A stretch of DNA of 64,000 nucleotides, taken from assembly GCA_013823135.1 (NCBI GenBank), contig PNLP01000018.1:19541-83540 (forward strand), given 5' to 3'. A model generated the notes under the pieces. The model made no database searches. It saw nothing but the letters and a program-made list of their open reading frames with translations, and had not been told where the DNA came from. Shown here piece after piece: positions 26,509 through 35,201 of this stretch (positions are counted from its first letter, which is position 1; each line of letters opens with the position of its first letter). The stretch comes from Planctomycetaceae bacterium. GTDB lineage: Bacteria > Planctomycetota > Planctomycetia > Gemmatales > Gemmataceae. Position numbers and translations under genes: made by a program.

Positions 26509-27391
26509 CGCACCACCCAGCCCGCTCCCGGAACGTTCCGGAGGTCGGCTCCCTTCGTGGTTGAAGCGACCGCTCCCGTCCGGGAACGGGAACGCCTTCA
26601 CCCAGAACCTCCTCGAAGACCTGAAACTCGAAACCGTGTGCGAGAACGCGAAGTGCCCGAACCGCCCAGAATGCTGGTCGCGGCGCACGGCCACGTTCAT
26701 GATTCTCGGTAACGTTTGCACGCGGCCGTGTAGTTTTTGCTCGGTCCCAAAGGGCGAGCCGCTCCACATCGAGGAAGACGAACCCGCCCGCGTCGCGGAA
26801 GCATGCGTGCGGTTGGGCCTGAAGCACGTCGTCATCACGTCGGTCACCCGCGACGACCTGCCCGACGGCGGCGCGGACCATTTCGCCCGGTGCGTGTTGG
26901 CCGTTCGCCAACGCCTGCCACACGCCGCCGTTGAGGTGTTGACGCCCGACTTCATGGGGAACAACGCCGCCATCGACCGCGTGACCGACGTCAGCCCGGA
27001 CGTGTTCAATCACAACCTCGAAACCGTCCCGCGGCTGTACCGCGTCGCGCGAGGCCGTGCCGAGTATCGCCGCAGTCTCGACCTGCTCGACCGCGTGAAA
27101 GTGCGTGCCCCGCACATCACCACGAAGGCCGGCCTGATGCTGGGGATCGGCGAAACGATCGACGAGTTGTTCGAGGTGCTCGCGGACCTGCGTGCGGTGC
27201 GGTGCGACGTCGTCACGCTCGGGCAGTACCTCGCCCCGACGCTGAAGCACAGCATCCCGGTGGCGCGATACGTTCCACCCGAGGAGTTCGATTCCATCGC
27301 CGCGCGGGCACGCTTGCTCGGCTTCAGGAAGGTCGTGGCCGGGCCGTTCGTGCGGTCGAGCTACCACGCCGACGACATGGTGACCGCGTGA
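26486..27391 (+). CDS. lipA: lipoyl synthase
   Basis: CENAKCPNRPECW (auxiliary cluster) and CTRPCSFCSV (radical SAM CX3CX2C). ATG 26486 overlaps the lipB end by 23 nt. Confidence 0.9.
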   Translation: MLPLTVLDAPPSPLPERSGGRLPSWLKRPLPSGNGNAFTQNLLEDLKLETVCENAKCPNRPECWSRRTATFMILGNVCTRPCSFCSVPKGEPLHIEEDEPARVAEACVRLGLKHVVITSVTRDDLPDGGADHFARCVLAVRQRLPHAAVEVLTPDFMGNNAAIDRVTDVSPDVFNHNLETVPRLYRVARGRAEYRRSLDLLDRVKVRAPHITTKAGLMLGIGETIDELFEVLADLRAVRCDVVTLGQYLAPTLKHSIPVARYVPPEEFDSIAARARLLGFRKVVAGPFVRSSYHADDMVTA

Positions 27392-27621
27392 GGTCAGCCC
27401 TGACGCTACCCGCGCTCGGTTCGGTGCGGGTGACGTTCAGCTTGTGGTACGTTCGGCTCGGCGATTGCATCGTGGCAGGCGACCGAATCGCCGAGGTGCT
27501 GATTCCCGGAGCGACGTTCGACGTTCACGCACCCGCGACGGGAACGCTCGCCGAGCAGTTAGCATTCCCGAACGATTCCTTGACCCCCGGCCAGGTGCTT
27601 GGCTGGATTGAAGAAGAGTAA
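27388..27621 (+). CDS. small lipoyl/biotinyl-domain-like protein lacking the modifiable lysine
   Basis: LTLPALG....W.V..GD.V..GD...EV....A.FDV.AP..G.L pattern of E2/GcvH-type lipoyl domains. The ETDK position reads LIPG and the whole ORF contains no Lys. GTG 27388 overlaps the lipA TGA (GTGA); alternative GTGs at 27424 and 27430. Confidence 0.5.
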   Translation: MRSALTLPALGSVRVTFSLWYVRLGDCIVAGDRIAEVLIPGATFDVHAPATGTLAEQLAFPNDSLTPGQVLGWIEEE

Positions 27622-27626
27622 AAGTT

Positions 27627-27724
27627 CACCACAGAGACACGAAGTTCGCAAAAAGAGCACCAAGAATTCAAAATTCAAGTTCTTCTCTGTGTAACTTTGT
27701 GGTGGCCTTTGTGCCTTTGTGGTG
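27627..27724. repeat. degenerate cargo-less palindrome of the ccacagag/cacagagaa motif type
   Basis: Left arm caccacagagacacgaag (27627-27644). The right block 27682-27724 reverse-complements to caccacaaaggcacaaaggccaccacaaagttacacagagaag. The central spacer is 37 nt. It fills the spacer before tmk. Confidence 0.5.
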
Positions 27725-27739
27725 AGTTCGGATGTGACC

Positions 27740-28387
27740 ATGCCCAAGCCCGTGTTCATCTCGTTCGATGGTCTCGACGGCACGGGGAAATCCACCCAGT
27801 GCCGTTTGCTCGTGGATTGGCTCGCGTCGCTCAAGATTCCCGCGACAGCTTGCACCGACCCAGGTGGCACCGCGATCGGCCAGGAACTGCGGAAGATCGT
27901 GCTCTTCGGCCGCGAGCACCGCATCTCCACCGTCACCGAGGCAATGCTCTTCATGGCCTCGCGGGCACAGCTCGTTGAAGAGGTGATCCGCCCGGCCCTC
28001 GATCGCGGTGAAGTAGTCGTGTCGGATCGTTTCACACTGGCGAACGTGGTCTATCAGGGGCACGCGGGCGGGATGCGGCCCGAGGACTTGTGGGCGGTCG
28101 GCAAAGTGGTGGCGGACGGGCTCGAACCCGACCTCACCCTCGTGTTCGATGCCCCGCTCGAGGTCTCGGTGGCGCGACGCAATCGCGAGGCCGACCGCAT
28201 GGAGGAACGCGACCGCGAGTTTCAGCGCCGCGTGCAAACGGGCTTCCGCTACGAGGCGGGTCGCCGACCCGAGAAGTATCGCATCATCGACGCCGCCCCC
28301 GATGTGGAGGTCGTGCAGCGCCACGTTCGCCGCGAGGTCACGCGACTGCTCACGGCGAACGGTTGGCCCGTCACCACGGAAGGGTGA
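27740..28387 (+). CDS. tmk: thymidylate kinase
   Basis: FISFDGLDGTGKSTQ P-loop and DRF...Y.G lid region. Confidence 0.9.
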   Translation: MPKPVFISFDGLDGTGKSTQCRLLVDWLASLKIPATACTDPGGTAIGQELRKIVLFGREHRISTVTEAMLFMASRAQLVEEVIRPALDRGEVVVSDRFTLANVVYQGHAGGMRPEDLWAVGKVVADGLEPDLTLVFDAPLEVSVARRNREADRMEERDREFQRRVQTGFRYEAGRRPEKYRIIDAAPDVEVVQRHVRREVTRLLTANGWPVTTEG

Positions 28388-28403
28388 CGGAGCCCTCCTA
28401 TCG

Positions 28404-30053
28404 TCAGTCTTCGATGCAATAACACGACGACGGAATCTTCACGTCGGCCCGTATCCACACTTCGGCAAACCGCACCTTAACCTTTGCCGCGTCGTCCTTC
28501 TTCCCCTGCGCTTCCAAGCTCGCGGCAAGCCCGAACAGCGACCAGCCGTTGTCCGGCCAGCGGCGAAGATCCTCGCGATACACGGCCTCGGCCGCCGCAG
28601 CTTGCTTGTCGCGCAGCAGGACTGCGCCCAGTGCGTGCCTCGTCGGGACGAACCAGTCCGGCGGTTCGGAGTAGCGCAACTTGTCTTCCTTCGCGATTGC
28701 AGCCGTCAGCGACTTGATCGCGTCGGGGAGCTTTCCTTCACGGAACAGAAGCTCGCCAGCAAGGTTGCTCTCGGCGATTGCTAACAGGTCGGCGGCCAGG
28801 TTGTTCCCAAAGATCGCGCCCTCGGGCACCTTCGCGACCGCTGCTTTGAATGCCTTTTGTTCGGCACGGGCGTCGTCGAGTTTCCCCTTCGCCGCGAACG
28901 CAACTCCACGGCTATAGTGCCGCATCACGCGTGCGATCGGGAACGACTCGGGCGGTTCCGGTTCCTTGAGGATGTCGTCCCACCGGCCGAACCGCTTCAT
29001 CACTTCCAGCGGTTGCGCGACGAATCCGTCGGCAATGGCCGCGTTCTCCTTCACCGCCAGCCACTCTTTCGGGACGCCGGAGAGCATCTCGCGAATGTAC
29101 TTCGTCGCGAGTTCGGATTGCCCCTGCATCATCGCCGCGAACGTGAGCATGTGGAAGTTGTGCGCGACATACAGCCTGTAGAACCCCTGTTCGGGGGCTA
29201 CCTTCTGGTAAGCCCGGTCGGCTTCGATGGCGAGCCGATTGGCCTCGACCGCTTCATGCCAGCGACCGCGGCGGATGTCGATGTGCGACGGCATGTGCAG
29301 CAGGTGCCCGAGTGCGGGCTGCGCACCACGGAGGCGGTCGGCTGCGTCGTCGGCCTTGCCGGGTTCGGGTGAAGCCTCGGCCGCGTGAATGTACAGGTGG
29401 TTCGCGAGTGGGTGGTCGGGGTTGAGCTTCCGCACGGCTTCCAGGGTGCGAAGTATCTCCGGCGTCTCCGGGGCAGGTTTCCCGTCGGCGGTCCACAGTT
29501 CCCACGGCCGCAGATTCATGAGCGACTCGGCGTACAGCGCTCCGATGTCGGCATCTTTCGGGAACTTCTCCCATGCGGCCTTCATCAGCTCGGAGTACGC
29601 CTTTTCCAGCGGCTTGATGTCCTTCGGAAGCGGATCGGCGTAGCGGCTCGTGAGTGCTTCAATAAGCGCTTTATTGGCCGGCGACTCGTCCTTCCCCTTC
29701 TCGCGTGCGGTCTTCACGGCATCGAACGCGGCCTTCGCCTGAGCCGGGGGAAAGCTCGGGTTGTTGTAGTTCACGCCACTGGCAAGCCCGAGACCCCAGT
29801 ACGCCATCGCGCAATCCGGGTCGATCTCGGCAGCACGGCGGAACGCCCGAATCGCTTCGTCGTGGTTGAAGGCGAACATGAACATCAGCCCTTGATCGCA
29901 GTACTTCTGTGCGTCGGGTTTGGCGGTAGCGACCGCACGGGTGTGCTTTCCCAGACCCTCGAACAGTGGCACGGCGGGTTTATTGGGTTGCTCGGCAGGG
30001 CACAGCGAGACAACCACGGCGAGGGCGACGAGTGAACAGAGCGAGTGCTTCAT
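28404..30053 (-). CDS. secreted TPR-repeat protein
   Basis: ATG 30053 gives the signal MKHSLCSLVALAVVVSLCPA. TPR-like A..A...AL..DP helices run throughout. Confidence 0.75.
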   Translation of the reverse strand: MKHSLCSLVALAVVVSLCPAEQPNKPAVPLFEGLGKHTRAVATAKPDAQKYCDQGLMFMFAFNHDEAIRAFRRAAEIDPDCAMAYWGLGLASGVNYNNPSFPPAQAKAAFDAVKTAREKGKDESPANKALIEALTSRYADPLPKDIKPLEKAYSELMKAAWEKFPKDADIGALYAESLMNLRPWELWTADGKPAPETPEILRTLEAVRKLNPDHPLANHLYIHAAEASPEPGKADDAADRLRGAQPALGHLLHMPSHIDIRRGRWHEAVEANRLAIEADRAYQKVAPEQGFYRLYVAHNFHMLTFAAMMQGQSELATKYIREMLSGVPKEWLAVKENAAIADGFVAQPLEVMKRFGRWDDILKEPEPPESFPIARVMRHYSRGVAFAAKGKLDDARAEQKAFKAAVAKVPEGAIFGNNLAADLLAIAESNLAGELLFREGKLPDAIKSLTAAIAKEDKLRYSEPPDWFVPTRHALGAVLLRDKQAAAAEAVYREDLRRWPDNGWSLFGLAASLEAQGKKDDAAKVKVRFAEVWIRADVKIPSSCYCIED

Positions 30054-30120
30054 GGCGTCCTCCGGTGAGTGGGCGAAGGCTTGGGTGAAGCCGCGTGCAG
30101 ATTCGCAGCGGCTCTCGGCA

Positions 30121-30528
30121 TCAATCCAGTCGTTCGGCACCGCTCACGGCGGGGTTGTATGGCTCGATCCATTGAATCAACTCGATCCGGTTTCCGTCCG
30201 GGTCGCTGACGAAGAAGCGGTCGCAGTGCGGGATCGGCCCCGTCTCTTGCGTCTCGATTCCGTGAAGGTGGAAGTGCTCGCGTGCGGCTTTCGCGTCGGG
30301 CACTCGCAGGGCGAAATGTCGCGGGCTGCGGGTGTCCGGTTGCGGCTTCTGCAACAAATGGAGCGTTTGCCCGGCCCCCAGATCGAACCACAACGCCACA
30401 AAATCGAACGGCCTAGGCTTCGGAATCTCCGGCAAACCGAGCACATCGCGATAGAACCAGCGGGCCTTCGCCAAATCGGTAATCAAAACCGAACAATGGT
30501 CGATGGCAGTGATGCCGAGAAACGGCAT
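30121..30528 (-). CDS. VOC/glyoxalase-family protein
   Basis: MPFLGITAIDHCSVLITDLAKARWFYRDVLGL, then HFALRV and DPDGNRIELI, the typical VOC beta-alpha-beta modules. Confidence 0.8.
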   Translation of the reverse strand: MPFLGITAIDHCSVLITDLAKARWFYRDVLGLPEIPKPRPFDFVALWFDLGAGQTLHLLQKPQPDTRSPRHFALRVPDAKAAREHFHLHGIETQETGPIPHCDRFFVSDPDGNRIELIQWIEPYNPAVSGAERLD

Positions 30529-30652
30529 TTCAAGCTCCGATGACTGAATGGGTCGCACTCCGCTCAGTTAAATTACGGCTCGCCACCCTATTCTGTCGAT
30601 GATGTGAAGTGCGGTTCGTGCATCTACAGCGCATCCCGAGCAGGAGGACGTT

Positions 30653-31186
30653 GTGAATGGCCTTGATTTGATCAAGCTCAAAGCGTTTTCTCGGAGTCAC
30701 ATCCCAAACGAGAATCCGGGCGGAACTCTCGCCTGGCAAGACTACCACACCGTCCGCAACGCGATTGTGAAGACCTGCCGCCAATTCGGGCCAACCGGCC
30801 CAATGGGGGCAGTCCAAATCGAGTCAGACGTTGAAGATCCCTACCGGATGATTCACGACAGCGATTTCTGGGAGCGAGGCGACTCCGAACCGATGTACTA
30901 CGTGATCGAGGACCAACTAAACCACGAACGATATTGCTACATGGAACTCATGGGCAACGATCCGTTCAACGCCGGGTGGTTGCTTGGGATCACGGCTACA
31001 CTCCGGACGTTCGACGGCTGGGGAATTGGCATCAACAACATCCCGGATAGTTACATGGTGATCTTCGGGAAGAAGTTGATGGTAAAGGGCCGTCTGGCGA
31101 AGTGTCAATCGGTGTTGGATGTGGTGGAAACCACGCGGCGACTACTGAAGCAGGGGCCGAAACGCTGGTGGCAGATTTGGCGGTGA
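30653..31186 (+). CDS. hypothetical soluble protein (177 aa), upstream partner of the YcjX-like gene
   Basis: GTG-initiated ORF with no TM segment and no recognised motif. Trp/Asp-rich. Co-oriented, ending 31-64 nt before the next gene. Confidence 0.5.
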   Translation: MNGLDLIKLKAFSRSHIPNENPGGTLAWQDYHTVRNAIVKTCRQFGPTGPMGAVQIESDVEDPYRMIHDSDFWERGDSEPMYYVIEDQLNHERYCYMELMGNDPFNAGWLLGITATLRTFDGWGIGINNIPDSYMVIFGKKLMVKGRLAKCQSVLDVVETTRRLLKQGPKRWWQIWR

Positions 31187-31217
31187 AAATTCCCCAGCAG
31201 TACAACGAATACAAGGC

Positions 31218-32624
31218 ATGGGGAACTCCACGCGATCACGGCGGCACGCCATGAGCTTATTTCGGCTGAAGACGACGGAGTGCAAGGTGGGTGTGGTCGG
31301 CCTGTATAACGCGGGCAAGACCGTCCTGCTCACGTCGCTGATTAACCACTTGCAAGACCACGACCCGGACCGCTTCCCGCTGGGGTCGAAGGAAACCCAC
31401 ATCCGCAAGTTTACGGTGCGGTCGCCCGATCGCGACTGGGCCGCGTTCAACTACCCGGGCCACCGCGATGCACTCGTGAACGCCGGGAAGTGGCCCTCGA
31501 AAACCACCGACCGCTCGCAGTTCGTCTGCCAGTTCCAGCGATCTGACTGGACCTTTAGCGATTGCATGCTGAAGTTGTACGACCTGCCGGGGGAACGGAT
31601 CGCCGATGCAGGGATGGTCGGCCGAGACTTCACCGGTTGGTCCGAGAAGATGCTCGCGCTCCTGGTGAACGACACCGCATACCGCACGTGCTCGGCTCCG
31701 TTCCTCGACGCCATCAAGAAGCCCGGCGTGACCGCGGCCGAGTTGCTGTATGCGTACAAGCTGTCGCTCGCGAACCTCATCCTGAACTTCAAGCCGTTGA
31801 TCTCGCCGTCCACGTTCCTCCTCGATCTCCACGGCACACCGGCCCGACCCGACACGCCCGAGAACCTGGCCAAGTCTCGCTTCAGCGGTGCCGACGCCGA
31901 GAACGAGTTCTGCCCGCTGCCGGCCGATCTCCGCGTTCGCGGCTCGGAGATGTTCGACGCGTTCTCGTTCCGTTACGACCGCTACGTCGAGCGCGTGGTG
32001 GAGCCGACGATCCTCGCGTTTCGGTCGTGTACGGCGCTCATCGTGCTGGTCGATGTCACGATGTTGCTCGCGGGCGGCGTCGGCATGTACGACGACAACC
32101 GGCAGATCATTCGCGACCTGTTCGACGTGCTTTCGCCCGGGGAGAACAAGGTCTTCGGCCCCATCGCACGGGGACTGAGCAAGGTGCTGTTGCCGCATCA
32201 GTGGCGGCCGGGTTGGATCACTCGCGTCGCGTTCGCGGCCCCGAAGATGGACCTCGTTCACCCGTCGGACCGCGACCGCATGTTGATGCTGTTGCGTCGC
32301 ATGGCCGAACGCTATGCCGCGGACCGCGACGGGCTGAAGTACGACTTCTTCAACCTGTCGTCGGTGGTCTCCACACGTGCGATGCCATCCGAAGCGGGAA
32401 CGCGGTTGCTCGTGGGAACGCCGCTTCGCGATGCCGACGGGCGGAAGATTCCTCCGGGTGCGGAGCAGCGATTCACGGTGAGCGAACTCCCCGACGACTG
32501 GCCGATGACGTGGTCGCCGGGAACCTATTCGTTCCCCGAGGTCTACCCGCGAATGCCCGCCCGCAAGGACTACCCGCCCGATCAGGTGAACGTGGACCGC
32601 CTGGCAACCTTCGTGATCGAGTGA
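31218..32624 (+). CDS. YcjX-like P-loop NTPase (DUF463 family)
   Basis: Walker A VGVVGLYNAGKT. LYDLPGE (compare E. coli YcjX DYPGEW), LIVLVDV, AFAAPKMDLVH (compare AATKADHV) and a collinear C-terminus. Alternative ATG at 31251. Confidence 0.8.
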   Translation: MGNSTRSRRHAMSLFRLKTTECKVGVVGLYNAGKTVLLTSLINHLQDHDPDRFPLGSKETHIRKFTVRSPDRDWAAFNYPGHRDALVNAGKWPSKTTDRSQFVCQFQRSDWTFSDCMLKLYDLPGERIADAGMVGRDFTGWSEKMLALLVNDTAYRTCSAPFLDAIKKPGVTAAELLYAYKLSLANLILNFKPLISPSTFLLDLHGTPARPDTPENLAKSRFSGADAENEFCPLPADLRVRGSEMFDAFSFRYDRYVERVVEPTILAFRSCTALIVLVDVTMLLAGGVGMYDDNRQIIRDLFDVLSPGENKVFGPIARGLSKVLLPHQWRPGWITRVAFAAPKMDLVHPSDRDRMLMLLRRMAERYAADRDGLKYDFFNLSSVVSTRAMPSEAGTRLLVGTPLRDADGRKIPPGAEQRFTVSELPDDWPMTWSPGTYSFPEVYPRMPARKDYPPDQVNVDRLATFVIE

Positions 32625-32626
32625 TT

Positions 32627-32708
32627 TGGCGAGCCACGGGGTTCATCCCCGTGGTGTTTGGCTATGAGGTTCGCATCACCCACGGGGGTAAACCCCGTGG
32701 CACGCCAG
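32627..32708. repeat. twin-hairpin palindrome (ccacgggg-loop-ccccgtgg twice) with outer tggcgagcc/ggcacgcca arms
   Basis: Hairpins at 32634-32654 and 32680-32700 share the same 8-bp stem. Lies between the convergent YcjX-like and DUF1549/1553 genes. Confidence 0.75.
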
Positions 32709-32711
32709 CAC

Positions 32712-34952
32712 TCAAGGCACATACACAAACTCATGCGTGTTGAACATCACGACGCACAGGTCGGCGAGTGCTCGCGTGCGGGCCAGATCTGCGCCTGAGG
32801 GTAACGTCTTCGGGTCGAGGCCGACGGGTTGTTTCGCCTCGATTCGTTTGCGGATTGTTTCCGTCTGGGCGTCGAGGAACTCCACGGCAAGTTGTTTCTC
32901 CTCGGCACGCGGGGAGCGACCGACCGCACGTCGATACAGCGATTCGAGTTGTTCCCCCACGTCGGCACCGTGTTCTTTAACCAGTGATACAGCGAGTGCC
33001 CTGCCCTGCTCTTGCACGAACGGCCCGTTCATCAGGATGAGTGCCTGCGGGGCGAACGTGCTCACCTGCCGAAACGCACAGCTATTCAGCGTGTCGGGTT
33101 GATCGAGCGCTTCGAGCAGCGGGAGCCGAACGTTCCGCTTGTTGAACAGGTAGATCGAACGCCGCGTGTGCTGTGTTGCGTCCGGCGTGACGGGCCACAA
33201 CCCATCGGGTTCGCCCTCCGTGAAGATGAGGTCGTACACCTCCGGTTCAAGTGGCACCTTCACCGACGCTCCACCGACCTGCCGGTTCAGCGTGCCCGCT
33301 GTGGCGAGTACGGAATCGCGCACAGCCTCCGCTTCGAGCCGCCGCCGGTTCATCTTCCAGAGCAGCTTGTTCTCTGGATCGATCTTCGCTCCCTGCGTGG
33401 TATTCGTGGCCTGCCGGTAGGTGGACGAGGTCACAATGAGCCGGTGAATGTGCTTGAGCGACCACTTCTGTTCCACGAGTTCGACCGCGAGCCAGTCCAG
33501 CAATTCGGGGTGGCTCGGCTTGTCACCGCGAAGGCCGAAATCGTTCGGCGTGGCGACGATCCCGCGGCCGAAGTGGTTCAGCCAGATTCGGTTCACCATG
33601 ACGCGGGCCGTCAGCGGGTGGTCGGGTTTGGTGAGCCATTTGGCGAACTCGAGCCGCGACTTGGGAGCGTTCGGGCCGTTCGTGATGACACGCGGGAAGC
33701 CGGGGCCGACGGCGAGCAGTTTGCGGCTCGCGTCGCCACGTTTCAGCACGAACGTCTGCGGATACTTCTCCGTCGGCTTGATCGCCCACGCGGCTGCGGT
33801 TGGCGGCGGCATCTTCGCTTCGAGTTCGTGAATCTGCTCGCGGAGCTTGGTGCGCTTCTCGCGATCGGCCGGCGACATCGCCGCCAGCACTTCATCCCAG
33901 CTCACCTTGAGGAGTGCGTTCGAGTCGGCCGCGAGTTTCTTCTGTTCGGGCGTGCGTTTGTCGGCCGGGGTGTCGAGAGCGTCGCGATACTTCTGTTCCA
34001 GATACTCGCGCTTGAGTTTTCCGACCTGTGCCCGATATGGAGCGTCGATCCCTGCAACCTTTCCCTTGAGCGGCGCAATCTGTGCGTTGAGTGCGTCGAG
34101 TGCCTTCTTGCGGGCGGCCTGTTCCTCGGCTGTTGCGAACTCGAAATCGAAGTACGCGGTGGGGGCGAAGAACGCTTGCAATCGGTAGTAGTCTCCAGCA
34201 GAGAACGGATCGAACTTGTGGTCGTGGCACCGAGCACACGCGACCGTGAGCCCCAGGAACGCCGACCCCATGCCGTTGACCATTTCCGCGAGCCGTTCCT
34301 GCCGCAGCACTTCCTGATCCTGGTTGCCACCAACCATGTGAACCGGCCCACAGCGATGCAACCCGGAAGCGATCAGTGCCTCCAGATCTCGCTTGCCGCC
34401 TTCCGCCTTGCTCCAGAGTTCGTCCCCGGCGAGTTGTTCCGTGAGGAACTGATCGTAAGGCTTGTCGGCGTTGATTGCCTTCACGACGTAATCGCGGTAT
34501 CGCCATGCGTGCGGCCGTTCGCCATCGGCCTCGTAGCCGTTCGACTCCGCGAACCGCACCACATCGAGCCAGTGCTGTCCCCAGCGTTCGCCGAAGTGCG
34601 GGCTGGCGAGCAACCGATCGACGACCTTCTCGTAAGCCGTGGGCGTGGTGTCCTTCACGAACGCATCCACTTCTCCCGGCGTGGGCGGAAGCCCCGTGAG
34701 GTCGAGCGTGACCCGTCGAATGAGCGTGACCTTGTCCGCTTCCGGCGACGGTTTCAGGCCAGCGGCGTCGAGCTTCGCGCGAACGAGTGCGTCGATGGGG
34801 TTACCGCCAGCGGGCACCTTGGGACGCACGGGCGTCTTGAACGACCAGTGCTCGCGGTCTGCGGGAACGATCTCGGGATCGGCGTACTTCTCCTGCCCGC
34901 CGACCGGTGTGGCGAACATGATCGCTGCGAGAATCAGAACGAGACGCGACAT
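32712..34952 (-). CDS. DUF1549/DUF1553 (PSD-type) domain protein
   Basis: Signal MSRLVLILAAIMFATPVGG. CARCHDHKFDP motif. Typical planctomycete DUF1549...DUF1553 layout. No CxxCH N-terminal domain. Confidence 0.85.
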   Translation of the reverse strand: MSRLVLILAAIMFATPVGGQEKYADPEIVPADREHWSFKTPVRPKVPAGGNPIDALVRAKLDAAGLKPSPEADKVTLIRRVTLDLTGLPPTPGEVDAFVKDTTPTAYEKVVDRLLASPHFGERWGQHWLDVVRFAESNGYEADGERPHAWRYRDYVVKAINADKPYDQFLTEQLAGDELWSKAEGGKRDLEALIASGLHRCGPVHMVGGNQDQEVLRQERLAEMVNGMGSAFLGLTVACARCHDHKFDPFSAGDYYRLQAFFAPTAYFDFEFATAEEQAARKKALDALNAQIAPLKGKVAGIDAPYRAQVGKLKREYLEQKYRDALDTPADKRTPEQKKLAADSNALLKVSWDEVLAAMSPADREKRTKLREQIHELEAKMPPPTAAAWAIKPTEKYPQTFVLKRGDASRKLLAVGPGFPRVITNGPNAPKSRLEFAKWLTKPDHPLTARVMVNRIWLNHFGRGIVATPNDFGLRGDKPSHPELLDWLAVELVEQKWSLKHIHRLIVTSSTYRQATNTTQGAKIDPENKLLWKMNRRRLEAEAVRDSVLATAGTLNRQVGGASVKVPLEPEVYDLIFTEGEPDGLWPVTPDATQHTRRSIYLFNKRNVRLPLLEALDQPDTLNSCAFRQVSTFAPQALILMNGPFVQEQGRALAVSLVKEHGADVGEQLESLYRRAVGRSPRAEEKQLAVEFLDAQTETIRKRIEAKQPVGLDPKTLPSGADLARTRALADLCVVMFNTHEFVYVP

Positions 34953-35201
34953 ATTATGGCTCCCGACTGGGGACACGCTCAAGTTACCCGTGGTCGGGAG
35001 TGACCGCAAGCAACCGGGTCGGCGTGTCACCGCATAATCTTGCAGTTCGGAAGAGCCTTCCGGAGGGGGGTTGTACTCAGGAACCTCATCGTTGAGTTCA
35101 GCGTTGAGATTGTGAAATTCTGGAGTTAAACTCTATTCTACAAGTTGACATGGGACTCGCATATTCTCACTCGTAGCACACTCTCCTGGACGGAAACTTT
35201 T

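Noticed and set aside
30653-31186. Idea that the 177-aa gene is a low-GC foreign island
   Set aside because: A hand count gives 53/100 G+C in its first 100 nt, against 56/100 for the start of the adjacent YcjX-like gene and 58/100 for a nuoD segment. The difference is too small to support horizontal transfer without a proper computation.
33012-35003. 663-aa ORF on the plus strand
   Set aside because: It is antisense to the DUF1549/DUF1553 gene (CARCHDHKFDP motif on the minus strand). This is a shadow ORF.
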